This document shows, piece by piece, positions 1 to 14,060 of a stretch of 64,000 nt of DNA; within the stretch, counting starts at the first letter, position 1; each line of letters begins with the position of its first letter. The stretch lies in assembly GCA_951406725.2 (NCBI GenBank), contig OX597842.1:4464001-4528000 (forward strand). Direction: 5' to 3'. Below the pieces are notes generated by a model that saw only the letters and a program-made list of their open reading frames with translations, did not search any database and was not told the origin of the DNA. The position numbers were made by a program, and so were the translations under genes. This DNA comes from Octopus vulgaris. Its lineage: Eukaryota.

Positions 1-887
1 GTCAGAATTGACCTGGGGCCAAAGAACAACAACAACACCAACAATATAGCCTCTAATACGAAGTACTATGCTATACATTTGATGATGTAGTCCTAGATAT
101 ATTAGAATTGATTGAAAAAAGTCAGGATGGTCACGGATGGAGTACCTCGTTCAAATAAGACTGACCTGAGTAACACCGTTCAGCTGAACAGACGCTAGAT
201 AAGCACTCTGCATTTTCACGGATTATCTTAGCATCCACCAACCCATCCCTGCCCATCACACATTATCTCTATGTTTATTATCGGTCACGCTGAATTAAAA
301 TCTTTCCTTATTTCTTATTCCTTCTCTCCCCACTCCCCACTCCCTCTTTCTCTTTCCCTCTCGCCTTTTCTCCCCCTCCTCCCCTTCATTTCCTGCCACC
401 GACTTACCCTGCCGCCTCATCCCCCTCTCTTTGTCTTCGTCATTGTACATCGCCCGAGGACTTTGCTGTCAAAATATGAATCATATACATACATACATAT
501 ATATTACATATATACATATAACAAATGCACACACACACATATAGCATGTATATAAACGTGTGTGTGTGTGTGTGTGTGTGTACTGACGGTGGGATAATGT
601 AGAAAAGAAAGGAAGAAGGATGACAACGGTGGCAGTAGGAGGAGGTAGGGAGTTATCAGTGGGAGGTAGGATTAACTGCTGAGTGCTGCTACTAATGTGG
701 ATAAATTAAGGGCTTAGGTGGACCATGAAGTTATGGATTAATGGATTAAATATGAAAAAAAAATACACACTTCTCAGTCTCACTCTACCCCCACCCCACT
801 TCTTTTTAAAATTTTGTTGTAGATTCATTCTATTATTATTATCATCATCATCAGCATCATCATCATTATCATCATTATTATCATTAT

Positions 888-1130
888 GGCGGCGGCAATG
901 GCGAGCTGGCAGAATCGTTAGGACGCCGGACGAAATGCTTAGTGAGTATTTCGTCTGCCGCTACGTTCTGGGTTCAAATTCCGCCGAGGTCGACTTTGTC
1001 TTTTATCCTTTCGGGGTCGATAAAGAAAGTAACGGTTACGCACTGGGGTCGATATAATGGACTTAGTCCGTTTGTCTGTCCTTGTTTGTCCCCTCTGTGT
1101 TTAGCCCCTTGTGGGCAATAAAGAAATAGA
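888..1130 (+). mobile_element. tRNA-derived SINE family B (head ggcgagctggcagaatcgttag; Meta-domain-like core gcctttcatcctttcggggtcgataaa), often beside (TTA)n
   Basis: A-box and B-box-like head (gagttcaaattcc). Further copies at ~3975-4390, 5778-6160, 6712-6895, 12385-12530, 18655-18856(-), 44150-44475, 55746-55930, 62460-62615 and 63460-64000(-). Confidence 0.85.
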
Positions 1131-1259
1131 TATTTCATCTGTTTTTATGTTCTGAGTTCAAATTCTGCCGAGGTCGACTTTGCCTTTCATCCTTTCGGGG
1201 TCCATAAATTAAGTACCAGTCAATGTAATCGATTAGTGCCCTCCACCAAAATTTCATGC

Positions 1260-1303
<44 letters not shown>

Positions 1304-1677
1304 GTAGGTAGGTAGGTAGGTAGGTGTAGGTATGTAGGTAGGTAGGTAGGTCTGTCTGTCTGTCTGTCTGTCTGTCTGGGTGCGAGAGGGGAAGTCAGTA
1401 AGTCACTGAAAAGGTCGCAAGCAGCGACGAAAGAGTTTTGACGACCCAACAACCGATTGATTGCTTAACCAGCACATTAAATAAATGATCGGTTAGTTTG
1501 TTGGTTAGATATTTAACCAATTGACTAACAACAAAGAACTGGTATTGAACCAGTGTCTGTTGTTATTCGCATAATAACCCTTCCAAGACACAACAAAATT
1601 TCTTTCAACATACGAATTCCCATCGAGAAACTTACAAACCAAATACAAAATCATAGTGTGTGTGTGTGTGAGTGTAG

Positions 1678-2015
1678 ACGCAGGCGTGGCTGCGTGGTAA
1701 GAAGCTTGCTTCCCAACCACATGGTTCTGGGTTCAGCTCCACTGTGTGGCACCTTGGGCAAATGTTTTCTACTATAGTCTCGGGCCGACCAAAGCCTTGT
1801 GAGTGGGTTTGGTAGATGGAAACTGAAAGAAGCCCGGAGTATATATGTATATATAACCGATATTGGTGTGCTTATTTCTCTGTATATTAGCGGTTCGGCA
1901 AAAAAGACCGATAGAATAAGTACTAGGCTTACAAAGAATAAGTCCTGGGGTCGATTTGTTCGACTAAGGGCTGTGCTCCAGCATGGCCACAATCGACTGA
2001 AACAAACAAAAGAAC
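1678..2015 (+). mobile_element. tRNA-derived SINE family A (head gcaggagtggctgtgtggtaag; CORE-like gcaccttgggcaagtg; tail ...gactgaaacaagtaaaagag)
   Basis: More than 15 copies, e.g. 9878-10342(-), 10355-10700, 20264-20630, 26275-26643, 28172-28577(-), 44555-44975, 49275-49697(-) and 63028-63443(-). Internal (TA/TG)n tract. Confidence 0.88.
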
Positions 2016-2022
2016 ATATATA

Positions 2023-2078
<56 letters not shown>

Positions 2079-2159
2079 TATATATGTTCTTTTGTTTGTT
2101 TCAGTCGACTGTATGCATGCATACAATGTATATATGAACACATTATATAGATATATATC

Positions 2160-2201
<42 letters not shown>

Positions 2202-2559
2202 TGTATAAACATATACACACACACAGCGCGTGCATTTTTCTGCCATTTTAAATGTTTATATGTGAGTGGGAGCGTAAACTCGCGTTTTGTCTCCTTGAGG
2301 GCATCCTTCTCTTAATCTGTTTCCAACGCCTCAATATTCTTAAATCTCACTAAATTTCCTCTTTAACAAATAGTGTTAAATGATATTTTCCCCCCACTCC
2401 CAACCCCTTCCCGTCGCTTCTAGATTTTTCAATTTTTTCAATGGCGGATGATGTTGATGATGGTGCGTTGTAAACCAGCAGCTGTCTAATGGTACTTAGT
2501 TATCTCCCTTCTCTGAATGACACCTCTCCAGCAGGGGGAGGCTGATAAAATATTTACAA

Positions 2560-3525
2560 GTCTTTTAGCCCCAGGTCAGTGCTATTCCAGCTGTGACCAT
2601 CCAATTTTTATTCATAGTGTATCTAGGACTACATTATATAATGTATATTGTTAGTATTAATGGGTTTTGTTTAGCCCCAGGTCATTTCTGACCCAAACAG
2701 AGCTATGACCAAAGATGTTCCAGCTGTGACCATCCCATCTTTTAACCATAGTGTATCTAAGACTACATGATCTGATGTATAGAATAATACTGTTAGTGCC
2801 TATTGTTGCTGTTTAACCCCGGGCCAGTCGTGATCCAGCTGACCCATGATCAAAGGTAGTGCTTCTCTAATAATTCCATCTTTCAGTCAGACATATTGTA
2901 TCTAGAAGGTCTATCTGAAGTTAGTGACTGTTCTTGTTGTTGGTGTTGTTTTAGCACACGTCAGTTTTGATCCAACAAGACTATGATAAAAAATGTTCCA
3001 TATGTGACCATTCCATCTTTTATTCAGGCATAGTGTATCTAGCACAACATTATCTAATGTAAAGTGTAGTAGTTAGTACTTATAACTGCAATTGTTTAGC
3101 TCTAGGTCTGTCCAGATCTAGCAAAGCTATGGCCAAAGATGTTCCAGCTGTGACCATCCCACCTTTTTATCAGTCATAGTGTACCTAGGACTATATTATC
3201 TAATGTATGGTATTGTAATTAGGAAGGATTAGTGGCTATGGTTGTTGTTGTTTTCGCCCAAGTCAGTCTTGATCCAGCGGACCTATGATCAAAGATGTTC
3301 CAGTTATGACCATCCCAACTTTCAGTCGGTCATAGTGTACCTAGGGCTACATTATCTAAAGTAATAGTATAGTAGTTAGTATTAGTGGCTGTACTTGCTG
3401 TTGGTGTTGTTTTGGCCCTTGTCACTCTTGGTCCAACAAACATATGGTCAAGAGATGTTCTAGTTATTACTATCCTATCATTTAATCAGTCATAGTGTAT
3501 CTGGGACTACATTATATAATGTAGT
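2560..3525 (-). repeat. Tandem array of ~8 diverged ~120-bp units (SINE 3'-tail-derived satellite)
   Basis: Recurring tttagccccaggtcag...aaagatgttccagctgtgaccatccc...gtgtatctaggactacattatctaatgta. Confidence 0.85.
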
Positions 3526-3773
3526 GGGCCGTGGGACTGAACATGAAAAGACGTGGCTGCAAAGCGAACTCTTTAAGCACACAACCATGTCTGCACTTTA
3601 CAATCTTTTGCTATTGGCCAAAAAATAGCACGCCGGACAAAATGCTTGGCTGTATTTCGTCCGACGCCTTTACATTCTGAGTTCAATTTCGCTGAGGTCA
3701 ACTTTACCTTTCATCCCTTCGGGGTCGATAAAATAAGAACCAGCTGAGCACTAGCACCGATCTATTATTATTA

Positions 3774-3826
<53 letters not shown>

Positions 3827-4394
3827 TCAAAGACTTTGCCTTCCATTCTTTTGGGGTTATCGTACCACTTGGCGTACTGGGTCGCTCTAATCGATCTAAG
3901 TGACTTGCCCCTCCCCCAGAATTTCAGGCTTTGTGCTTTTAGTAGAAAGAATTATTATTATTATGATTATTTTAGGAGGTGAGCTCGCAGAATCGTTTGC
4001 ACGCTGGACGATATGCTTAGCGGTATTTCGTCTGTCGCTACGTTCTGAGTTCAAATTCCGCCGAGGTCGACTTTGCCTTTCATCCTTTCGGGGCCGATAA
4101 ATTAAGCACCAATTACGCACTGGGGTCGATATAATCGACTTAATCCATTTGTCTGTCCTTGTCTGTCATCTCTGTGTTTAGCCCCTTGTAGGCAGTAAGG
4201 AAATAGGAATTTCGTCTGTCGCTCCGTTCTGATTTCAAATTCCGTCGAGGTTGACTTTGCCTTTCATCCTTTCGAGGTCAGTTACCGGTGAAACACTGGG
4301 GTTGGTAAATTAAGTACCAGTAAAATATTACGGTCGATGTAAGCGACTAGTCCACTCCCCGCAAATTTCAGGTCCTGTGCCGTTAGTAGAAAGG

Positions 4395-4432
<38 letters not shown>

Positions 4433-7003
4433 GATGATGATATGAGATAGTTTTGGCTGCTGGTCTGGTCGATGTTATATTGCGTGATGGGGGTGGGTGA
4501 AATTGGATGGTTTAAGGAGAAAAAGCTAGGAGGTGGTGTTGGTGGTGGTGTGGGGTCACGCACATACACATACCTACTGTCGTCCCCCTTCTATTCACCA
4601 ATCCCACCCCATCCCCAGTCAGCCAATCTAACGCTCAGATTTATCGGACCATATCGATCTTGCTTTGACAGACATAAATCACAAGAGCACACAAATCATG
4701 AACCAAATAGAAAATATAAATAAAAGTGTAAAAATAATAATATAAATATCAATGAACGGTAAAAAAGAAAACACAGAAAATGGAGAAAAGCGACAGAGAG
4801 AGAGAGAGAGAGAGATAAATAGAAATATATCATAATAACGATAACAAGAACAATGACAATCACGACATCGGCCTCATCAGTAATGGCGGTTACAATAGCA
4901 ACAATAACAACAGAGACTGCAACAACAAAAGAAAGGGCAATAATATGAACCACTACAGTTACAGTAAAAATAATTATAACCACAATAATAACAATAAAAA
5001 GAAACCACAATAGTAATAGCGCACAGCGACAACAGCAATAACAACAACAATACCAGCAGCAACAACAGCAACAGCAATAAAAAAAAAACAACAACAACCA
5101 TAACAACAATAATATTAACAATAACAACAACCATCACAACAGCAGCTGCCCTAACGACAGTAAATACAACAGCAACATTAGCAGCAACAACAACAAGGTA
5201 GTTGTTAACAATGCAATGATTGTGTGATGTGAGTCAAGAAAATTTTAGTCATCTCCTGCAAAGGCATTGAGGGTGGCTGGGCGTGGGAGGACGGGTGGGA
5301 GTGCGGTGGGGGTGATTGATAGGCGGGTGGGATGCAGAAACATTCCAAACTTAACTATTATCATTTGCCATCATCATCATCATCATCGTCGTCGTCAATA
5401 TTTATATCATTTATATTAGCAGCATCACCATCATAATCATCACCATTCTACAACTGTCATCGTGTTGTCGCCACCATCATCGTTATCATCACCACAACAA
5501 CCATCATTGTCATTATCATCATCGTCGCCATCATCATCTTTCCATCATTATCAGAATTGTTTGCATCAGACCAAATACCTTAGTGTTTTGGGGTTTTTTT
5601 AAATCCCATCTCTACATTTCGAGTTCAAATTTCGCCGACGTCGACTTGGCTTTTTAGTTTTCGAGATCGATAAAATAAGTACCGGCTGATCAATGGAGTC
5701 GATATTATCGACTAGACCCACCACCCCAAAAATATTTCAGCCCGTGTTCTTATTATTGAAAGGGTTATTATAATTACAGGCAGAATCGTTAGCACGCTGG
5801 ACGAAATGCTTAGAGGTATTTCGTCTGCCGCTACGTTCTGAGTTCAAATTCCGCCGAGGTCGACTTTCATCCTTTCGAGGTCGATAAATTAAGTACCAGT
5901 TACGCGCTGGGGTCGATGTAATCGACTTAATCCGTTTGTCTATCCTTGTTTGTCCTCTCTGTGTTTAGCCCCTTGTGGGTAGTAAAGAAATAGGTATTTC
6001 GTCCGTCGCTACGTTCTGAATGTAAATTCCGCCGCGGTTGACTTTGCCTTTCAATCTTTCGGGAGTCGATAAAATAAGTACCAGTTAAGTACTGGGGTCG
6101 ATGTAATCGACCAGCCTTTGCCCCCCAAAATTTCAGGCTTTGTGCCTTTAGGAGAAAGGCTTATCTATGTAACAATCTGGTTGTTCGTTCGCCCATTATA
6201 CATCAGTTAGAGAGGAGGGGGAAAGTGAAGAAAGAGGAGAAGAAGTAGAGAAAGGTGATTAATATTAATACACGTAGACCAAATGGTCACGTGGTCAGCT
6301 AAAGGAAGAGGCGAAGAATTAAAGAAGAGAGAGAGGGGGGAGAGAAGTGTTAACGACGTGCGGTGAGGTCGGGGAAGGAATATTTATTACGTGGTTAAAA
6401 AGTTAACTGAAGGGAGCAGACGATAAATGATTCATCGTCTGCTCGCTTAAAAAAACTGATATTTGTTTTTAAGTGTTAATTTGGTCTAAACTCTCGATTC
6501 ACAAGAAACACGGTTGCAAGCTTCCCAAAGGATGTTGTAGGCCTCCTGCTCCGTCACTCATCCACTGTTTGTCCTCATACCACGTCTTGCCTCTCTAAAC
6601 TCCACTTTTCGCTCAGTTTCCAATGTAGCACTTTCGCTACCTCATCGTGTCGCCACAGCTTATAATGGTTTGGGGCAAGTCTAAAGCATTCGTTCGCGAT
6701 TATTATTATTAAAGCGGCGAGCTAACAGAATCGTTAGAACACCGGGCGAAAGGCTCAGCGGTATTTCGTCTGCCATTACGTTCTGAGTTTAAATTCCGCC
6801 GAGGTCGACTTTGCCTTTCATCCTTTCAGAGTCGATTAAATAAGTACCAGTTACGCACTGGGGTCGATGTAATCGACTCGTTCCCTTCCCCCAAATGCAC
6901 TTATTCTAGCGGTCTGTTTTGCCGAACCGCTAAGTTACAGGGACATAAACACCCCCAACATCGGTTGTCAAACGTTGGGAGTAGGGACAAACACACACAC
7001 AAA

Positions 7004-7082
7004 CTGAGGAGAAGATTGCATTGTTTATACCATCTATTCTTTTGAATAGTATCAGTGGAATTTTCGAAACATGTGTCGAACG
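7004..7082 (+). ncRNA. Hammerhead ribozyme-like motif, 5' strand of stem I lost
   Basis: CTGAGGA, stem II gaagatt/aattttc, GAAAC atgt GTC. Sequence upstream of the core is replaced by a SINE CA tract. Confidence 0.6.
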
Positions 7083-7295
7083 TAAAAATATTTGATTACA
7101 CCTGCGTTAACTCCATTTTTTATTCATATTATTCAAAATATTCAACGTAAACACGAAGTTTCCACCTTTATAAACAAGGAGTTACAACACCTTTACTTGT
7201 GAGATTTTTGCTGCCCTGGTAACTATTTATTTTTTTTATTATTTTTTTTCGTGTTAATTGTTAACAAGGTAAAAATACACTCATCTATATATAAT

Positions 7296-7349
<54 letters not shown>

Positions 7350-7354
<5 letters not shown>

Positions 7355-7530
7355 ATCCAAACAAGAAAGCACAAAAAAAAACATAACAACGCGAGGACGT
7401 GGAACAAATATAGTATTATTGGACGCTCAGGAAAGAAGGAGGGTGTAACGTTTCGAGCGGAGCTCTTCGTCGGAAACATAGGAGAAGGAAAGATCCAGAG
7501 AAGGGAAGACAGAGGGAAAAAAATCGCCAG
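7350..7530 (-). mobile_element. Short TA-tailed hammerhead-bearing element (family H1); motif at 7444-7478
   Basis: Reverse complement reads gttt-CCGACGA-a-gagc tcc gctc-GAAAC-GTT-acac. Ends in a (TA)n tract. Confidence 0.75.
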
Positions 7531-7729
7531 AGAGAGAGAGAGTTGAAATTTGCAAAAAAAAAAAGACAAAAAAGACGAAGACAGTTGTAAGAAAAACAAG
7601 CAAGTGTATTAGTTTGACGCTCGGAAAAGTCTTTTACGTTTCGAGCCTACACTCTTCCACTGAAAGGAATGAGAAGGAAAAATGGAGAGGGAATGGATAA
7701 AACGGAGGGAGAAAAACTCTGTGTGTGCG

Positions 7730-7792
<63 letters not shown>

Positions 7793-8284
7793 GTATGTTG
7801 ATGCACACAGGCAAAATTGAACGCGCGTGTGGGTGTGTATCCCTCACCACCGAGTTGATAATTTTATATCCCCGTAAACCTAGCGGTTCGGCCAAAGAGA
7901 CCGATAGAATAAGTGCAAGAAATCCACCACCTGTTTTTTTGGTAATTGGGCAAAATAACAACAACGCTAAGAACGCCAACCACAGCCAACGCACCACTAC
8001 CACCACGACCATCACCACCAATTCCGCCATCACTACCACCACCACCACCACCGCCGCATTACAACCACCACCACCACCCACTACTCCGTCGTTACTCTAT
8101 TACTTACTCTCCCCTACTCCTTGCTCTCTATACCTAACTCCCAGAAACTGGGTCACAGAACGATGACAAGCCAATGGGGGAAGGTCGAGGGTGGGGGCAG
8201 TTCTATCTGTTGGCTCTGCATACGAGGGGGGGGGGGGTGATGACACCTAAAGGCTGCTGATGGTGTACTTCTGTTCATTTCGCT

Positions 8285-8488
8285 GTCATCACCATCATTA
8301 TCATCTTCACCACCACCACCATCATAATCGTCATCACTTTCAGCAGCAGCAGCATTATTACTGCCACTACAACCATCACCATCATCATCACCATCATCAT
8401 CACTATCATCACCATCATCACCACCACCATTATCACCACCATCATCACCATCATCACCACCACCACCATCATCACCATCATCACCATC

Positions 8489-8537
<49 letters not shown>

Positions 8538-9565
8538 CCATCATCATCATCACCATCACCACCACCATCATCACCATCATCATCATCATCATCACCATCA
8601 TCCTCATCATCATCATCACCATCATCATCATCATCTTCACCACCACCACCATCATCATCATCATCACCACCACCACCACCACCACCATCATCACCATCAT
8701 CACCATCATCATTATCATCATCACCATCACCATTATCATCATCACCAACACCAGCATCACCATCATCACCATCATCGTCATCATCATCATCATTATTGTC
8801 AACGTCATCAACATCATCTCCATCATCATCATCGTCGTCGTCATCGACATTACCACCATCACCACCACCCCGCCGTTACCCCCAGCCCCGTCCCCCACCC
8901 CCTCTCACCACCCCACCACCTAGAAGTGTAAAAATGTTTGGAGGTGCAAAGCAACTTATCAAAAACGGTGTGGCGGTGGTGGGGGGTTGTATAGGGGTGG
9001 AAAAGAGGGGGATGTAGATGAGAGGTGGGGGATATCCACCTGCTGACACAGCATACATATCGACAGTGTTGTTGTGATGACAGTTTTAGGTGGGTGGGTG
9101 GTGGTGGTGATGGTGTTGCCTCTTCGTGTTACTGCTGTTGCGGATATTTTAGCTATCGTCGCCATCATCATCATCGTCATCATCATCATCATCATCATCA
9201 TCATGATCACCATCATCACCACCACCACATCATCATCACCACCACCACCACCATCATCTTCATCATTGTCGTCATTATCGTCATCACCATCATCACCACC
9301 ACCATCAACACCACCATCATTACCATCATCATCATCACCATCATCATTATCACCACCATCATCATCATCATCATTATCACCACCATCATGATCATCATCA
9401 TCATCACCACCACCACTATCATCTTCATCATCATCATCATCACCACCATCATCATCTTCATCATCATCACCATCGTCATTGTCGTCATCATCACCACCAC
9501 CGTCGTCGTCATCGACATCATCTTTCATCACCATCATTATCGTCGCCATAATCGTCAGCATCCCC
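8285..9565. repeat. (CAT/CAC)n trinucleotide microsatellite blocks (8285-8870, 9160-9565)
   Basis: Direct inspection. These blocks generate the poly-His/Met/Asp pseudo-ORFs. Confidence 0.95.
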
Positions 9566-9760
9566 ATCACGACTGTAAACACAAAATATGATAATCAATA
9601 CAGCCTCCTCATCCCCAGCGCCACCTCCGCCTCCCCCGCACCGACACCTTCCGTTGAAACGTTATAATACAACCGGATATCACTCATAATTTTATTGAAA
9701 AAATACACACTGACACCCCTGCCACTACCCACACCACCTTTCCACCAGACAGACACTATT

Positions 9761-9796
<36 letters not shown>

Positions 9797-10068
9797 ACAT
9801 ACACACGTGTGGCTGCTGGCTGGTTGAGTGGTGGAGGCAATGGTGCTGGAATAAAGCTTGTTGGCATTACATATATATTCGTTTTTATGCGTTTCAGTCA
9901 TTTGACTGTGGCCATGCTGGAGTACCGCCTATGAGGGTTTTAACCGAAAAAAAAATCGACTCCAGGACTTCCTGAGAGCTTAGTACTTATTCCATCGGTC
10001 GGATTTGCCGAACCGCTAGGTTACAGGTACAAACACACCAGCATCGCTTGTCAAGTGATGGCGGAGGA

Positions 10069-10123
<55 letters not shown>

Positions 10124-13100
10124 ACACGCACACGCACACACACACACACACACACATATATACATATTATATACGACGGGCTTCTTTCAGTTTCCGTCTA
10201 CCTATTCTACTCCACTCACAAAGCTTTCGTCCGCCCGAAGCTATAGTAGAAGACACATGCCCATGGTGCCACACAGCGGACTGAACCCGGAATCATGTGG
10301 TTAGGAAGCAAACTTCTTACCACACAGCTACGACTGCGCCTATAGTGTGTGTGTGTGTGTAGTCGTGGCTGTATGTTAAGCTTGCTTACGAACCACATGG
10401 TTCCAGGTTCAGTCCGACTTCGTGACACCTTGGGCAGGTGTCTTCTACAATAGCCTCAGGCCAACCAAAGCCTTGTGATTGGATTGGTAGATGGAAACTG
10501 AAAGATGCCTTGTGTGTGTGTGTGTGTCCCACCACCGCTTGACAACACGGTGTTGGTTTATTTACGTCCCCATAACTAAACAGTTCAGCAAAAGAGATCA
10601 ACAGACTAAATACCAGACTTAAAAAAAAAAAGGTATTGGGGGTCATTCCATTCGACTTAAAATTCTTGCAGACAGTGCTCCAGCATGGTCTCAGTCTGAC
10701 AAGTTAAATTCCCCCTCCCCACTTATTTTTTTTTTTATATACCAATCACCGTCACCACCACCACCACCACCGTCTCTCCCGTTGCTGGCGTTTACAAGCC
10801 TCATTCACCTTGGCATGAAAATTAACCCCTTACAACACCTCACCCCCTAGCAAAGGAACCCTTCTTTCCACTCCACCTCCACCCCTATCACCTCATCGTA
10901 ACCAACCCCACCCTCCCACCACTTATTTTTTTTAATTCTAAATAATCGCTCCCCCTCCCCCCCCACCAGCAGCGCCACCCTCTGTAGTTTGTATTCTAAA
11001 CAAACAATGGAAAAGTGTCAAAACGTTTTGGAAATGTTACAGACATCATTCCCGTTTTGCTTGGCGACGGCGGAGGCGGTGACGGTGGCGCGTTGGCGGT
11101 GGCGCGGCGTCACACCTCGAGACTACGTCACACCTCGCGGAGAGAGCCACACCTTGCTCCGCACTCCCAAGCTCACCTCGTTTACATAGACACACGCTCC
11201 CGCACATTCGCACTCACGCTAATAAGCACATACATCGCTCTTTCTCTTTTTCTCTCCCTCTCTGCGACTCTGTATGTGTGTGTGCGCACGCGCGCGTCCC
11301 TCTGTCTGGCTGACTCTCTCTCTCTCTCTCTCTCTTTCTCTCCGTCTGTCTGGTTGTCTCTCACTCTGTGAGTCGGTCTCTCTCTGTTTCTGTCTACCTC
11401 TTTCTCTGTCTCTTACTGTCTGTCTTTTTCCCTCTACTCTCTTTCGCTGTGTGTGTGTGTGTGTGTGTGTCTTTCTATCTCTCCTTAATAGGAACTGTCA
11501 AATCAATTTTTAAGGCTTCAATCTGCAAAATAGGGGACAAAAATAGGTGAGGTAAAAAAAGGGACGCAAAGAGAGTTAGAGAGAGAGGGAGATGGAGAGG
11601 AGGAGAGGAGTACGAGCAGAGGAAATAACAGACTTGTAGTTGGTCTGATTAAACTGTTAGAAATAGCAAGTATACTCTCCCTCGAATTACTGCACACACC
11701 TTGTTTGTTTTTAAATAAGGGACAGCTTAAAGAAGTGGAATCCCAGATATGTAGGACTGGAGGGTCACAATTGGAATATGTTTGATCATAAACCACTAAT
11801 ACTAACTAATGTACTATAATAAAGTCCTAGACACAACTAGAAATAGCATATGGAATGGTCACAGCTGGAATATCTTTTTTCCTTACTTGTTTTCAGCCAT
11901 TAGACTGCGGCCATGCTGGGGCACTGGCCAGGAAATATTGCTAATCAAATTAGTCGACCCCAGTCCTAATCTTTAAAACCTGCAACTTATTCTATTGGTC
12001 TTAATGAACCATTAGTTTACGGGAACATAAACACACCAACACCGGCTGTCAAGCGGTGGTGGGAAACACCCCCACCATATCTCCTAATATAATAATGAGC
12101 GTAGTGTTTTTATATAATTGTGTATATATATATATATATGTCCAAAATCACGCATAGGAATGAATGGTGAAGGGAAAGGAGAAAAAATAGTAATTCAGTT
12201 AAGGAGATGTAGTGAGAGTAGTAGCCATGACTGAGAGGTAGTGAGAGAAAGTAATAGCAATGAGAGAGAGGAAGTGGCAAAGAGAGCGTCAATCTAATGC
12301 TAGCTGGACCCGTGAAAAATTCAAGGAAAACCTTAAAAATGTAAGCATCTGTAAACAGTGCCATGAGAAATTTTTGTATATTATAACCGTCTGTCTTTAC
12401 GTTCTAAGTTCAAATTCTGCCGAGATCGACTTTGCCTTTCGTCCTTTCGGGGTCGATAAATCAAGTATCGGTTGTGTACTGGCGTCGATGTAATCAACTG
12501 TCCCCCCTCACCCAAAAAATCCAGGCCTAGAAAAGTATATTGTGACAGTTACAGAATATAGAAAGTAATGTACCACCAATGGCTATATAATCCAACCAAA
12601 ATATCTCAGTTACACAAATGTAAACGGAATGACTATTTAACCTTAAAATACATCGTACACATTCAAAGAACCTTAATGTACAAATTGAAATGCAAAAGAA
12701 CGAAATGATAAATGGATTTATGAATGAAAGTTTGGTAATCGCGTTTATTTCACCACACGACACTTATTATTGCAAACATGTTTTAAGTAAACCTATACTA
12801 TACACACACACAAATACCTTCATATATATATGTCTCGAGTTGTAGCTGTAATTCAATGGGGCCTGCCTTGTCATATTCTGTGTGAGGCTGAATCTCCCTG
12901 AGATCTACGTTAATGTTATGCATGTCTGTGGAGTACTCAGCCATTTGTGAGTTAATTTTATCCTCGTGTGGTAATGAAAAGTGAAACTGACGTCCAATAT
13001 TTGCTGTGTGTATTATCAACTTTTCTTTGGATTTATGTATCTGCTGTCTCTCTCACTTTCTCTCTGTCTCTTTCACTTCCTTTGTGTCTCTCTTCTCTCC

Positions 13101-13246
13101 GACTTTTGATTTAACAATGTGTATATGTATCTACGTATCTACTTCTCTTGCGATGTGATAAACATTTAAAAACACAATACGAACTCCGTCACCACTCACT
13201 GTCTCTTTCACTCTCTCTTTTTCTCTCACTCTCCCTTTCTCTCTCA

Positions 13247-13291
<45 letters not shown>

Positions 13292-13556
13292 TCTCCCACT
13301 CTTTCTCTCTCTCTTCCTCTCTGTCCTCCTCTCTCTCTCGCTTTGCTATTTCTTTGAAATGTGACGCACACTACAGGTACATACAAAAGCAAAAATCGTA
13401 TTAATATTATTGATGATGATGATAATACTCATTGTGTATTTCTCCGTCACAACATATGAATGAGAATGGAAGTGGGATGGTGAACAGTCAAGTGCGAAGC
13501 AAAAATCAAACAGCGCTTCAACTCTGTGTGAGTATGTGTGCGTGTAAAAGGGAGGG

Positions 13557-13617
<61 letters not shown>

Positions 13618-13853
13618 AGTGTGTTTGTGTAAAATATATTTATATAATATTTGAGTGAGTGTATATATATGTATGTTTATTTAGAAAGATACATAGAAAA
13701 TAGAATTACAGACATGCGCATTTACAAATACATAAACACACACACACACACACACAAACAGATGCACTTAAGAAGGAAGGAAGCGCACTGTGACCAAAGT
13801 ATAGAAAACCGAGTTCCATACAGACTGAGCCACTCATTTAAATGTATACGTAT

Positions 13854-13904
<51 letters not shown>

Positions 13905-14021
13905 GAGTTCAAGTACTGTTTGATTTTTCTTTCACCTTGGGCAAGTGTCTTCTACTATAGCCTCAGGCCAACTAAAGCCTTGTGACTAGATTTGATTGAC
14001 GGAAACTGAAAGAAGCCTGTC

Positions 14022-14060
<39 letters not shown>

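Noticed and set aside
2560-3525. CRISPR-like array
   Set aside because: Units are diverged along their whole length, with no identical repeats or unique spacers, no cas genes and a eukaryotic context.
6407-6450. CTGAAGG plus 11-bp hairpin (gagcagacgat/atcgtctgctc) as a hammerhead or terminator
   Set aside because: The core is altered and no GAAA follows the stem. At most it is a dead relic.
8260-9591. Poly-His, poly-Asp and poly-Met ORFs
   Set aside because: (CAT/CAC)n microsatellites that are open in several frames, with no splice or domain support.
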